A DNA stretch of 64,000 bases. It comes from Octopus bimaculoides (taxonomy: Eukaryota). Positions 1 to 12,029 of the stretch are shown here, one piece after another (positions within the stretch are counted from its first letter, which is position 1; every line of letters starts with the position of its first letter). The DNA lies in the NCBI RefSeq assembly GCF_001194135.2, contig NC_068984.1:133039495-133103494 (forward strand), read 5' to 3'. The position numbers were made by a program, and so were the translations under genes. The notes below the pieces were generated by a model. The model had not been told where the DNA came from and did no database searches. It worked only from the letters and a program-made list of their open reading frames with translations.

Positions 1-165
1 GTATTTGAATTTGCAACAGATCACCCGATGGAGATCTCGAAAACTGTGCCACTAACACAAAGACAAACCAGACCCAAGACCATGTTACCCGTTCCAGAGT
101 ATGGACCAGACAACCCAAGACGGTCCAAGAGAACCCGTAAAACCCAAGAGAGACTTTGCTGTTGA
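1..165 (+). mobile_element. C-terminal end of Ty3/Gypsy LTR-retrotransposon pol (integrase tail), truncated by window edge
   Basis: Frame +1 is open from base 1 to TGA at 163-165 (VFEFATDHPMEISKTVPLTQRQTRPKTMLPVPEYGPDNPRRSKRTRKTQERLCC*). The RRSxRxRK..ERL ending is typical of Gypsy integrase tails and is followed by a PPT and LTR. Confidence 0.75.
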
Positions 166-189
166 TACTTCTTGTGTAGCATCAATTTC

Positions 190-199
190 AGTGGGGAGG
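190..199 (+). other. Polypurine tract of LTR retrotransposon
   Basis: AGTGGGGAGG lies immediately 5' of the TG that opens the LTR. Confidence 0.75.
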
Positions 200-463
200 T
201 GTTATATGGACTGTTAGATATGTAATTCGTCTGACGTTCCGTGTGTCATGTGGTTCGTCTGAGTTCATTGTTTCATTGTTGTTGTCTTGTGGGACTGTCG
301 TAGTAAAATGTCATTGATATATATATGGCGGACATGACTTTTGTTTATTCATAACGAACATTGGGTAAGTGCGTTCTTTGTATGTAATTGAACAATAAAT
401 GTAATAATTAAATGGTATAACTCGTTTTGTTATCTCTGCGAGTCACCCGAGGGAAACATAACA
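200..463 (+). mobile_element. 3' LTR (264 bp)
   Basis: Begins TGTTAT (200-205) and ends ATAACA (458-463), giving TG...CA ends with a 6-bp inverted repeat. Internal TATATATA at ~318-325 and AATAAA at 394-399. Confidence 0.8.
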
Positions 464-625
464 ATTATAGAATGAGGTCTAGTGGCATGTTGCTTTTAGA
501 TCGAGATCTTCAGTATTAGAAAATAAGGCGTGCATCGAGAAAGCTGTGACGATTTATCGTTTAGGAATAGTCGCTAGCAAGGATGTTGCTAATCATAGTT
601 TTTTCCTTCTGTTATATGTGCTCGC

Positions 626-1165
626 TTGAAAAGACTGAGGCCTCGATATAATGCCATTATTTTCAACAGACGTGGACACTTTTTTTCAAGAAGCGGACTG
701 CATGAGACATGGCTCATTATCAGACGGGCCGCACTGGCATGCCATTCAGAAAGTTCCGCAGGTTGCGGACCTAAAAGCGTTTTTGTCTTTTTAAAAAGAA
801 TTTCAAGTGGAGGAAAGCAGCAAAATTTAATAGCACCTAGTTTCAAACCTTTCTATAGATGTGAGAAACTACGAGGGGGAGTCACCAACATGGGAACAAG
901 TTGAGCAGCAATATGATTGTTAATAATCATCTGAATTTAAATCTATCGTTTAAGTCTTGTTTGAGAGTTATTGAGGAACACAGGTTAGGCAAAACATTTA
1001 GATGCAGATTTTCATTAAAAAAAAATCATGAAGTGTTTGAAACATAGAAAAAAAATATAGTCTACTTGGGAAGCCAATTCAAAGACATTGCTGAGATGGG
1101 TGTGAAAGCATTCTCATATATGAAACTAGCGACACAATCTGGATCGTGTTTATATGTTGATTAGC
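626..1165 (+). mobile_element. Possible highly decayed hAT/Charlie-type transposase remnant
   Basis: HETWLIIRRAALAC loosely resembles the Charlie/Buster THCIIHREALA motif, and EMGVKAFSYMKL (~1090-1125) resembles the CExxFSxM dimerization motif. Similarity is weak and judged by eye. Confidence 0.25.
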
Positions 1166-2731
1166 CCTGTATACATTGATTCTTTTTTTAAGTTTATTTT
1201 TTTTATGTGCTCGTCTAAGTTCGTTGCAGCTGTGGCAGTGGTGGTTCGTCTATATGGACACTGTTCTTACTGCAATTCCAGTTATGGCGCTGAGAGGGAG
1301 AGAACATCAATGATAAACCTCTGCACTTTATCCACGCAGCTGCCAGAGGTCAAGCTTGGGCGATTGCCTATTTCAAATTCAATAAAGAATTTTCGACGTG
1401 TCTTTCTAGAAATGGTTAGGCGAGATCCTGGAAATAAATGAATCGCCAATACTTTCCTTTCGATATTCATCAGCAGCTATAACCTGAAACTTACAGTGTT
1501 TGGCGAGGCTGCAGAATATTGTGACAGATTCATTGACTCCATCTTGTTGATGTTTACGTGACTGCAATTGGAATCTGCAAAAACTTGTATCTTGCTGTTT
1601 AATAAGATGCGATCGAATTTAACTACTACAATATTGTAGTTAATACGATCTATAATATGGCTGAAGGTTGCAGAGGAGTTGAAGTTCGTGAACAGTTGTG
1701 TTTTCATCGTTCAATCGAACCTGGGAATTCAATTAGAAATGTTTAAACTGTGGTTTTCCAACGTGCACACTTTGTGCTTGAATTTGATAAAATGCCACCA
1801 AAACGATGTATCAAGACATTTTTTTTTCATAGTGATTGTTGCTGTTGTAATTCATTATGGAAAGAATTGTCTCGGATATTTTCTGGTTGTGAAAATAATT
1901 ATTTTCTAGTTTCGACTGAATAGATTGTTGTCACGACAAACAAGTGCCGATCATTGAATCGTTTTATTTAACTCAAACGTCCATTTTTCGCTGTTCAAGG
2001 CACAAGTGCAAATATACATCACAAAGGCACCTGCACTGAACGTAACAATAGGGATTTCATAGCCATCTTTTTTCTCATCCTTTCAATCCTCGTTCTCGTT
2101 TCCTGTCAAGACGTGCAATCGCAGCGTGCCTTGGAGAGACTCTCCAACCCATATTCTACAAACCCAATACCATCTAAAAATATATGTACACTGGTTAATT
2201 ACCCTGAATCTCCACGACTCTAGGGTCCCAATGCTAATTTGTGTATGATGTAGTTCTTGCTATCGATAATAAAAACTATACTAAGCTATAAATATTTTTT
2301 TGTTGTACATCATTTTTAGAACGGATTTATTTAAAATTTTATTTTAGAATATATTTTTAGCTTAACCATGAAGTTAGACAACGTAAGTTGGCAAAGCTTT
2401 TAGATTAAATATTTTTAATGTCCGAGTGAATAACCCTTTGACAGAAATGAAGCATGCTGTTTTAAGTGAAGCACAGAAGATAAAAGCAGTAAAATAGAAG
2501 GAAAAAAATGGGCACACTTCCAAAAGTAACATCATGATTCAATATAAGTGCAACGTCATCCACTAGTGTTGCCCCCTCACACATAACATCTCCATTTACA
2601 TCCATGCTTACATTTAATCATCTAGTTCCAACAGATATGCTAATGTTCCTTTACCTGTTCATGCTACTGGGAACATCCCACTAGAGAAAATACAGAAATC
2701 TGCAACAGCAAGGCAGTTCGCGATCTAATTC

Positions 2732-4447
2732 ACAGATCCGAGACTATGGTGCATTAAGACTGTTAACACAGTGAGTTACTGGATTCGTTGTGAGCCGTCA
2801 TCGTGTTAGAATAACGATAGCGACATTTCAGATTCATGTGGAATGTATACAATGGAGTTAGAGGAGAGAAAACTCAGACAAGTTTTTTTCTCAAAGAATA
2901 TGTTCAAACGTGATCTGCGGACTGACGAGAGAGCCAAACGAGAATGGCTACTCTATTCACCCTTCTGAGGTTGTTTGTACTGCTTTGTGTGTTACCTATT
3001 GTCCAAAATAGAATCTACCATTTGCTACGTCAGGATTCAATGATGGAAACAATGTTTTCGTAGAACACGAAAATAGAAAAAATATCGCAGCATATTTGAT
3101 TTGACAAAAGTAAAAGTATAGATTCTGGATCTGCTCAGTTTCGTTCACAGATTAAAAAATAATTTTTTTTTTACTAAGCACTTTGAAACTTCGTATACTG
3201 GTGTAATTTCTCACGCTCAATACGGTTTACTTTCAACTGAATACATGTCGTTGATTGGTTAAATTTACCCCCAATACGACAACTTTAACAAGAAATAACT
3301 TCTAATATTCGAAATTTTGTCAAAAATGTTGAAAGTAAACTGTACTGGCTTAAATTGTTGATACTTGTGATTTCTGTAATTCATTTTCTTGCATCCAGCA
3401 GTTTACCATTCCGTAGAGATAGTCAAATTATTGGGTTGGCAAAAAAAAAAAAAAAATGTGAACTATTTAGGTATTCCAGAGTTTTAAGTAAATTTAATCT
3501 TGTCTCAAATACGTTTGAACATTATGCTGGATTGTAATCACCAGCAACTGAATTAGTTCGCCATCTGCGTCCCTTATGGCACACACACAGTTTGAACTTG
3601 ATGGCGGTAAAAGCGGCTGAGTATTGTCTACGGGTTATAACATTCTTTGAGTTTGTTCAGCGTCTGTGTTCCTTTTTTTCGTTTTTTCTACAATTTTTAT
3701 AGAATGTTCTGACATCGTCTACAGGAAAAGATATAGAAGATATTGCAGTGAAGGAAGTACATCATATTTTGATACTAAGCTCTGTATAGAGATTTTGAGA
3801 AAATTAGACTTGTACGGGTTTCTATTTTAGCTGACACAGAATAGTAAAGAGGAGAACCAATGCGAAGACAGAAGGATTGAATGAAACAAAGGATATAGAG
3901 ACCTTAGAAACGATCTTTCTGATAATACTCGGAAGAGTAAACCAAACAATTAGGGCTTTGTAATCAGAATATGCGAACATACTTCTTGAATCTCAATTCA
4001 TATTCACTAAACGTGTCTTAGAGACGTTTGTGCTGAACACACGAGTAATCTATGTTTAATCTGACTTAACATTTACATTTTTAGTTTTGTGATGAGCCGT
4101 TAATCTCGATGAGATTTGTGGTCTTACCTCTGCGCAGTAGAGATCCAAACTGAGGAAATTTATTGAAAATGGCACTAGGTGAATATAGAAATCTACCTTA
4201 GATAAACAATACTTAAACACGTTTACCATCGATAAAACAGTCATAATGATCCAAACGACCGGCACATGATGAAGTTGAATAAAAGAAGTTTATTTATTCA
4301 GTGGTTTTGTTCTTTTCGAAATTTCAATTTCTTTTTACATAATTATGTTTTGATAAATCAACTTTTGTGTGCGTTTGTGTGATTGCCTATGTAGGGCCCC
4401 TAGTGCATTCCTTTGCCTGAAGGCCTATAATACTCTTAAGACAGCTA
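2732..4447 (+). mobile_element. Fossil hAT DNA transposon (ZMYM1/TTF-zinc-finger type transposase pseudogene) with probable 3' terminus
   Basis: Collinear frameshifted motifs: TDPRLW..YWIRCEP..C*NNDSD..RQVFFSKNMFKRDLRTDERAKREWLLYSP / CLYCFVC / FATSGFND..EHE (2732-3090, TTF zinc finger); LPFRRD..NVNYLG..SKFN (~3400-3520); CVPY-HSLNLMAVKAAEYC..FFEFVQRLCSFFS (~3566-3680); AKTEGL..LETIF..RVNQTIRAL*S (~3870-3970). GC-richer terminal-like sequence GGGCCCC...TCTTAAGACAGC at ~4393-4447. Confidence 0.8.
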
Positions 4448-5107
4448 CGTATGTACACTGAGCATCCTAACGTTCGGTTCCACACTCTTTGTTCTGTACA
4501 TAAATGTATACATACTATTACTTCTAACTACACTCCTAAAAAGATACACCTTCACACTTCGCGTCTTAATTCGCCATTCACCGTGTCATCAGGCAACCAA
4601 GTCATCTCACTGTAGAGTTGCTCTGCTTCAATGAATGGAGGTTTGAAAAACATTTTTCATGACAACCTTTCCACAGCAAGAAGATACAAAATAAACAGCC
4701 ATGCACTACATTCTTGCCATGCATGAATAACATATAACTAAGGTTTCCAATAGTTACTGTCAACAGTTTTGTAGATAAAAATGATCGTGCAAAATCAGAA
4801 TTGTTACAATAGCCAGTATCTCCTTCAAAAAAAAAAAAAAAAAAGAGGAAAATAATTTAAATAGGCTAATTGTTTGAATTAGAATAAAAGTATGGGTTGA
4901 TATTATTGAATGTCCTAATCAAAAAGAAAAAATAGTCATAATTGAAATTTACCGTTTAGTTGAGAAAAGAAAGACCTAGCAACAATTGTTAGCGAATGTC
5001 AAAGGAAAGGGGAGATAATTTCCAAAAAAAATTAAGAATTACTCTCTCAAAGTTAGTTTACATATTTAGGAAAAGAGAGTTAGATCTTTGCTTACTAGCA
5101 AGAGATA

Positions 5108-5345
5108 ATGGTGGATGTATATCAGTCTACTAGATCTCATCAGCTTACCACCCCGATTGCGGCCCACCTGATGCACCCATATCTTTTCCCATTTGTCTGC
5201 ACTATTGTATCTCAATCCCAGATCATGTTCAACTCTTTTACCCAAATATTCCCCTCTAGAACTGCTGACCTCTACATTTCCCCTACCTACAGCTTTCTTA
5301 CAGGAGTGAACCTATAAAAGTCCAAACAGAACTTCAACCACATCG
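5108..5345 (+). mobile_element. CR1-like LINE 3' end remnant
   Basis: HPYLF...FPSRTADL...VNL*KSKQNFNHI resembles the CR1 ORF2 terminus (HP..SFFPRT..LWN.LP..NL..FK..N) and the similar remnant at ~55.1 kb. Confidence 0.5.
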
Positions 5346-5880
5346 GTTTCACCACTTTCAGATGAAAAACCGTTACTGTTTTCGAGGGGCAGCATTCACC
5401 ATGGTCACGAATGCTGCCTCTCGAGAACAATCAATCCATCAATGTCTGTCTATCCATTTATCTCTCGTTCTTTTTCTGATATATATGCATTTTTTGTTTT
5501 CTTTCTACTAGCTCCTCCCTCCCTCCCTCGGTTTCCACATCATTTTCCATCGTATTTCATTCTATTTATTAAATTCAAGAAGCTTTCCTTGATTTTGTTT
5601 CTCCGAGCATCTCTGCTTCTTTTTTCTTTTCGATCCCCTTTTTTTCCCCACTCATCTCCTCAGCATATTCTTTCCTCCTTCTTCCTTTCTTTCTTTCAAT
5701 AATTTTCACCCTCATTTTCTTTCTTGTCTATCATATCTCCTCATCTTTCTTCTTTTGGTTCATTTTTTTTTTTCACTGTCTCATATTCCTTTTTAGCCAT
5801 AATCTCTGCTTCCTTCTATTCTGTTTTCCACTCACGCCTCACTCTCCCCGTTTCCCTGTACGTCTTTCTTCTCTCTCTCC

Positions 5881-5882
<2 letters not shown>

Positions 5883-5948
<66 letters not shown>
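5883..5948. repeat. (AC)n microsatellite at the end of a CT-rich tract (~5460-5880)
   Basis: Directly visible perfect dinucleotide run. Confidence 0.95.
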
Positions 5949-5949
<1 letters not shown>

Positions 5950-6659
5950 ACTTGATGCAGTCGAACTGCTTTTGTTGTAACAACCATATCAATAACATCA
6001 TCATCAGCAATATCACCACCGACTTTTGCTGTTGTTGTTGCTGTAATAGTTGCGATGCAAATTAGTTATTGCTCAATCCATTCTGTCCCTAGTGTCTTTA
6101 GTCAATTGGAAAATTGACATCGACAGCTTTTTAACTGTTAGTATGGCGTTGTATATTTATTTGCACCGAATATATGTGTTGCGACTGGCTTTGAATTATA
6201 AAAACAAAATAACGAAATAAAAAAAAAACTTCATCGACAGCTACAACTAAATGGAGTAGAGAATGGCAATAGAAGTGAAGAGAAAATATTAGGTCTTATC
6301 TAACATAGCTATATTAGAGTAGAGGATTGACAGACAAATAAATCAATAGAGTATAACTCAGAAAAATACATGGATGTTTGTAAATATATTATGTATGTAT
6401 GTATGTATGTATGCACACACACACTCACACATACATACACACACACAACGAGAGAGAGAGAAAGAGAAGCGCGATTTGGTTTTGGTGTGAAAATGCTTGA
6501 ATGAAAGAACGAGAAAAGGTATTGTGGATAGAAACAGTAGTGTGTGTGTGTGTATCGGTGATAGTGTGTGCGTTCGTGAGTGTGTGTCTGCGTGCGTGTG
6601 TGTCTGCGTACGTGTGTTAAATTGAACGTCACAGCATAAATACATGACAAAAAAAAATT

Positions 6660-7193
6660 ACAAAACCGCGATAAAGAGAGAAAGAAAGAAATGAAGAAAT
6701 GATTGACGGAGGGGGAAAGAAAGCAGTGAAGAGAAAAGAAGAAGAGAGAGGAGTAGGGAAGGAGTGAGAGTAAAAGATTAAGAAAAGAACTGTAGTAGGA
6801 GTGAATGCCTATGTTACTCTACTCAGATCACTTTCTCCAGTTACCGGTGTCATTTTGCTGCTGTTCTGGCGCTTCGTCTTACTTTCGGGGATTTTAGTTT
6901 CATCATCGATGGTGGTGCCTAGACGAATTCTGCCAATTTCTCCCCCATTATTTAGTGCCAGTTTCATACATGACAACTGCTATCAGCCTTTCTCTTAACA
7001 CATACTGAGATTTGATTTACTCATTTAATCACATATAGACGAAAGTATTCGCGGAAACCTCTCCATTATATATATAAAACTACCACCACCTTAAATCTGC
7101 ATACATTCATATTTCTCTCTCTCTCTACACATATATATATTTATATACATATCTTGCGGATATTCAAATACCCTTGCCCCACGTAAGGTGAGT
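6660..7193 (+). promoter_or_regulatory. Candidate promoter/first (non-coding) exon ending in a consensus 5' splice site
   Basis: A GA-rich tract (6660-6800) is followed by CpG-retaining unique sequence ending AAG|GTGAGT (exon end 7187, intron 7188-7193). No convincing ORF. Confidence 0.3.
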
Positions 7194-8208
7194 ACATGCA
7201 TAGATTTTTTTTTTCAATGTAAAACAAGGAATCACGACTATTTATTTCCCTGATATGTATGTTGTTGAAAAGTAGAGAGGGAGCCAAGGCATCTTTTTGA
7301 CTTTGTTTACATTTTAATCCTGGTGTAAGGTTTATGTTATTGTTTATTATTGTATACCAAAGTTGGAAATCATTGCTGTGTAAGAAATAATTATTACTAT
7401 ATTGTAAACTACACAATATCCCTGCGAAGGTCTTTAATTGCTCATCATGTCAACCTGAAGAATGTACTCCATGTGTGGTTGATATAGGTAGATGGACAGG
7501 CTGTAAGAAACGATAGAAAGATGAATGAAGTATCAAGACTGCTAAATGAAGTGTTTATAGAGATAGAGGGATCAAATTATAGGGGTAAGATGGAATAAGA
7601 GTGTCGTTTATGTGCGTATGTGGAAAATAAAGACATGCACTTCACAGGGTACGTCAATATTTGTCAAAATGAAATATATTTCACTGAGAGTGCTCTGTAA
7701 CTAATTAAAAATTAGAGCTATGAGAAAAGTGATCGAGCGAATTTCTGAAGGCCAAATCCTGAATACAAAGAAGTGTAGAATAGGACGGAGTCTCTTAAGA
7801 AGTCTGAGGTGGACATTTACCTATCTTTTGTCACCCTGATGAGTTTTCAGTGTTTTGTTATCGAAGTAGTTGACAACAGCCATTGATTGCATAAATCGAT
7901 TTACTTAACAGTTTGAGCGAGTTGTAGCGATAGACAGCTACATTTAGTCATATAAAGATGCACTTCGTTCATGACAACTTTTATTTATTAATGGTTGCTT
8001 TAATGTGGAAGAAGGGCTCGTGCCCGTGGCTTTCGTAGGCTCTCTCTCCATGACAAGTAAATACAAGAGATTGAAACGTTAAGATGTGAAAACCGAAGGA
8101 GAGAAAGAATCTGACATCAACAGATGACATTGCCCATCAAGTGTCTTAAGAAAGACTAAATCGATCAAACTAGGGTTTTCCTCTGATGTTTGTGTTTGTG
8201 CGTGCGCG

Positions 8209-8263
<55 letters not shown>

Positions 8264-8849
8264 CGGCTTGGTGGTACAGCTAAATAAAAGGTTTGTATGT
8301 ATGATGTTTCTACACATACAAGCTTATATATACCCTCAAATTTTATTTTCAGTCCCCTTCTTTACCAATGCATTCTGCACGAATTTGACAATTCCATATA
8401 AACACACACACACACATATATTCACACACACATACACATGTAATCACTGACGTTGCTTCCACTTACAATCCACGTTTGTAGTGTCTTCTTTAGATTTCAG
8501 ACTCTAGGAACGTGAGAGTATCTCGACACATATCCATCCACCTGGGCCTAACAATTGCAGCCGTCTCTAGGTGTTTCCATTGCATTACACGATCTGTGAT
8601 ACGTAAAAAACTAAATTCATACCCAACTAAATCAATGTATAGGGGATAGATGGGTATATTGTATGCCCATGCATCCGTTTGTGTTCTACATTTATTATTA
8701 TATATAGTGATGATGATATATATATATATATATATATATTAGTCTGCCTGCATAGTTCAGCCGTTAGAATTTTTAAGGTAGTGCCTCAGTATAGGAATAG
8801 CCTTTGGCTGAAACCATTTACACACACACACACACACACACATATATAT

Positions 8850-9060
8850 GTCATCATCATCATCATTAAAAATTTAGTTCCGCTTTCCATTCTGTCATGG
8901 GTTGATTTGTTTGATGGGATCCGACGGTATTCAAAGGACTACGTTTTACTCCAATGTCTCCTTTCCGACCTGGTTTCTATGGCCGGATGCCCTTCCTAAT
9001 ATCAACCCTTTACAATGTACTGGTTGCATCTTTTGATGGTACCCAGTACACTGTGTCAAG
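8850..9060 (-). mobile_element. RTE-related retroposon 3' fragment with (GAT)n tail (family D)
   Basis: (CAT)n followed by TTTCCAT...CATGGGTTG...GGATGCCCTTCCTAA, shared with copies at 13.5, 20.2, 27.6, 45.7, 54.7, 56.5 and 57.9 kb. Confidence 0.65.
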
Positions 9061-9128
9061 AGGTTGATGTTGCCAAGTTCATCCAGCCATAGAATTTATG
9101 CCAAATGTATGAGTGTATGTATGTATAA

Positions 9129-9179
<51 letters not shown>

Positions 9180-9639
9180 CGTATGTGTCTATATACGTAT
9201 TCGTATATATGTAGTATATATGACTATGCATACGTATATGCATGTGTGTATCAGTGTGTCATTATCATTTAATATGCTTGTTCCGTACAGGCACGAATTA
9301 TAAAAAGTCGAAGGCTGGCCGTGATGATATATTTACATGTCTATGTGTATGTATATATAAATATATGTGTGTGTGTGTGTGTGTGTGTGTATAAAAGAAG
9401 TTCCTGCCGAGAATGGGTTATGCCAAAGCTATCTTATTTTATACCTAGCCAGTTGAGAGGTTGCCAATTTAGAGCAGTGTTGTTATTTTTGAGGGACAAC
9501 CAAGTACAGGTGCTTTGTCCGGAATGTTTTGAAGAAATCTATCAAGGTGAGATTTGAATGTTGCGTGAGTTTCTGAAGGTGTTTTATGACTCTATGAATA
9601 ACGTATACAAAATTTCTTTGATTGAGATAGAACTGCAGC

Positions 9640-10030
9640 GACTGTATGTGTGTGTATACATACATACATACATACATACATACGCTAACGTGTATGTGTA
9701 CTTGTATATGTATGTATATACATATATATGCATATATGTATATACATATATATGCATATTATATATATATGTATATACATATATATGCATATTATATATA
9801 TGTATATACATATACATGCATATATATAGATATATGCATATATGTATATACATATATATGCATATTATATATATATGTATATACATAAACATGCATATAT
9901 ATAGATATATGCATATATGTATATACATATATATGTATGTACATATATATGCATATACGTATATGCATATGTATATACATATATATGTTTGTACATATAT
10001 ATGCATATACGTATATGCACATATATGATT
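9640..10030. repeat. Complex (TA/CA/TG) minisatellite, ~24-bp unit ATATATGCATATATGTATATACAT
   Basis: Repeated variants are visible directly. It produces the spurious Y/I/M/H ORFs on both strands. Confidence 0.9.
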
Positions 10031-10088
10031 CTGTTTTGGAATATACATATATGCCTCTATTTTGGAATAGTTGTTCTCGAAGCGCATA

Positions 10089-10222
10089 AAGCTATAAATA
10101 ACAGCATGTTCATATTGGGTTGAGAAACCTCTTTTGGGTGGTAAAAGTCGAAGGCTGTCCGTGGGACTCGAACGCATATCTCTTACAGACAACCCAATAT
10201 TAAATGCTATTATTTATAGCTT
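10089..10222. repeat. Element with ~33-bp imperfect inverted repeats enclosing a tRNA T-arm/B-box-like sequence
   Basis: Arms AAGCTATAAATAACAGCATGTTCATATTGGGTTG (10089-10122) and CAACCCAATATTAAATGCTATTATTTATAGCTT (10190-10222). The minus strand of the spacer has GTTCGAGTCC (10164-10173). Confidence 0.75.
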
Positions 10223-10327
10223 ATTCAATGTGCTTGGGGATCCACTATTTCAATAAACAATTATTTCACGTTCTATCGAAAGTTCATAAAATTTTTACGA
10301 CGCCACCAACATATATATATATATATA

Positions 10328-10772
10328 NNNNNNNNNNNNNNNNNNNNNNNNNNNNNNNNNNNNNNNNNNNNNNNNNNNNNNNNNNNNNNNNNNNNNNNNN
10401 NNNNNNNNNNNNNNNNNNNNNNNNNNNNNNNNNNNNNNNNNNNNNNNNNNNNNNNNNNNNNNNNNNNNNNNNNNNNNNNNNNNNNNNNNNNNNNNNNNNN
10501 NNNNNNNNNNNNNNNNNNNNNNNNNNNNNNNNNNNNNNNNNNNNNNNNNNNNNNNNNNNNNNNNNNNNNNNNNNNNNNNNNNNNNNNNNNNNNNNNNNNN
10601 NNNNNNNNNNNNNNNNNNNNNNNNNNNNNNNNNNNNNNNNNNNNNNNNNNNNNNNNNNNNNNNNNNNNNNNNNNNNNNNNNNNNNNNNNNNNNNNNNNNN
10701 NNNNNNNNNNNNNNNNNNNNNNNNNNNNNNNNNNNNNNNNNNNNNNNNNNNNNNNNNNNNNNNNNNNNNNNN
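10328..10772. other. Assembly gap (N run); others at 20610-20640, 32536-32927, 35618-35717, 52938-52947, 53582-53894
   Basis: N characters, mostly abutting (TA)n or (TG)n microsatellites. Confidence 1.
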
Positions 10773-11029
10773 ATATGGGTTTGTGTGGAGGGAGAGACGG
10801 ATAGAGACATTTATGCATATACATATTTACACACGTATACGCATTCCTGCATTAGTGAATGTGTGTGTGTTTTATGTTTGAATATGGGTATTTTTCTATG
10901 GTGTGAATTATGTATATGGCTGTATGTTAACTGTAGAATTTGTTACACATAGTAACTAGCGTACATGTCTATGCAACACTACGTTTTCTCTCCATCTAAT
11001 AAGTGTCGAGCCAACTAGCGAGCTTTTAT

Positions 11030-11240
11030 GGGGGTTGCTCGGCCTACAAGAAATAGCAGCCAAATTTCTCCCAGCTCACACCCTCTTAATATTTAGTCTC
11101 TTAAATAACGAGACTAAATATTAGAGGTTGCAGTCCTTTCACGCCCATAAAATAGACTGGATGGTCATGGCTGGAAAGCCTTTGATCATGTGTCTGCTTG
11201 ATCAGGGTCGACTTGGGGTTAAACAGCAATAGTGCAGTGT
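11030..11240. mobile_element. Interspersed repeat family E (core GAGGGAGATTTGGCTGCTATTTCTAGC or its complement)
   Basis: The core and flanks recur at ~31440-31610, 37150-37400, 37440-37660, 55440-55610 and 56985-57090. Confidence 0.6.
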
Positions 11241-11432
11241 GTTGCTGTTCTAGTTTATAGCAAGTGTTTTCAAGCGGTGAGGTTGAATAGTCCGTGGAAG
11301 CTATTTCATTTGAGTTATTCTTGATTTCGTTTTCGTTCTTGATGTGAAATCATGTGTTAAAACAAATTTTTTAAAATTTTATTTTGGTTGGGTCACTATG
11401 CCAACAAGAAACACGCACTGGTTCTGTTTCAC

Positions 11433-11434
<2 letters not shown>

Positions 11435-11497
<63 letters not shown>
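11435..11497. repeat. (TTA)n microsatellite
   Basis: Directly visible. Confidence 0.95.
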
Positions 11498-11498
<1 letters not shown>

Positions 11499-11809
11499 GT
11501 GCCCTTCATCCTTTTGCACTGGAGCCAATGTAATCGACTAATCTCAGGCCTTGTACCAATAGTAAAAAGGATTATTGTTGTTGTTTTTATTTAACCAATC
11601 GATTGTTTGATAATAAATAGTTTGGTGAATGTGGTTCGTCAGTCCTTTCGTCGACATTCGCATCCTTATCGATGGCATCCCCTCTTCACTTTAAGTCTGT
11701 CTCCCGGTTTCTTGTTTTCTTATTGCTAAACAAATAAATAAACAAAAAAATTATGCATTAATCCAAACTTCACTGTCGATTTAGATAATACCATGATATG
11801 GTGTACAGC

Positions 11810-11986
11810 TCAGATTTCATTGTAAATACAAAGATATTTATCATGAATCTGCTGCACTCATTATTAAAATGCCTTGCTGAGTTTTACAGTTCAAATTTTG
11901 TTGTGGCTACAAGGATATTTATTATATATATCCTCTACACTGGGTATGAAAATACCTTGATTCAGATTTCATTTTGGCTGCAAGGA

Positions 11987-12029
<43 letters not shown>

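Noticed and set aside
1625-1640. Perfect 16-bp palindrome ACTACAATATTGTAGT (similar one at ~61565-61580)
   Set aside because: A few 8-bp-arm palindromes are expected by chance in 64 kb of AT-rich DNA.
5724-6065. ORFs with THTH/CVCV or poly-I/poly-Y tracts (also 11344-11594, 27029-27229, 32259-32468 and similar)
   Set aside because: Microsatellite translations.
9558-10192. Longest non-gap ORFs (156 and 202 aa, Y/I/M/H/C-rich)
   Set aside because: They are translations of the TA/CA/TG minisatellite, open on both strands simply because stops are absent.
10204-10881. Long ORFs containing X runs (also 32467-33097 and 53277-54170)
   Set aside because: They span assembly gaps, where N's hide stop codons.
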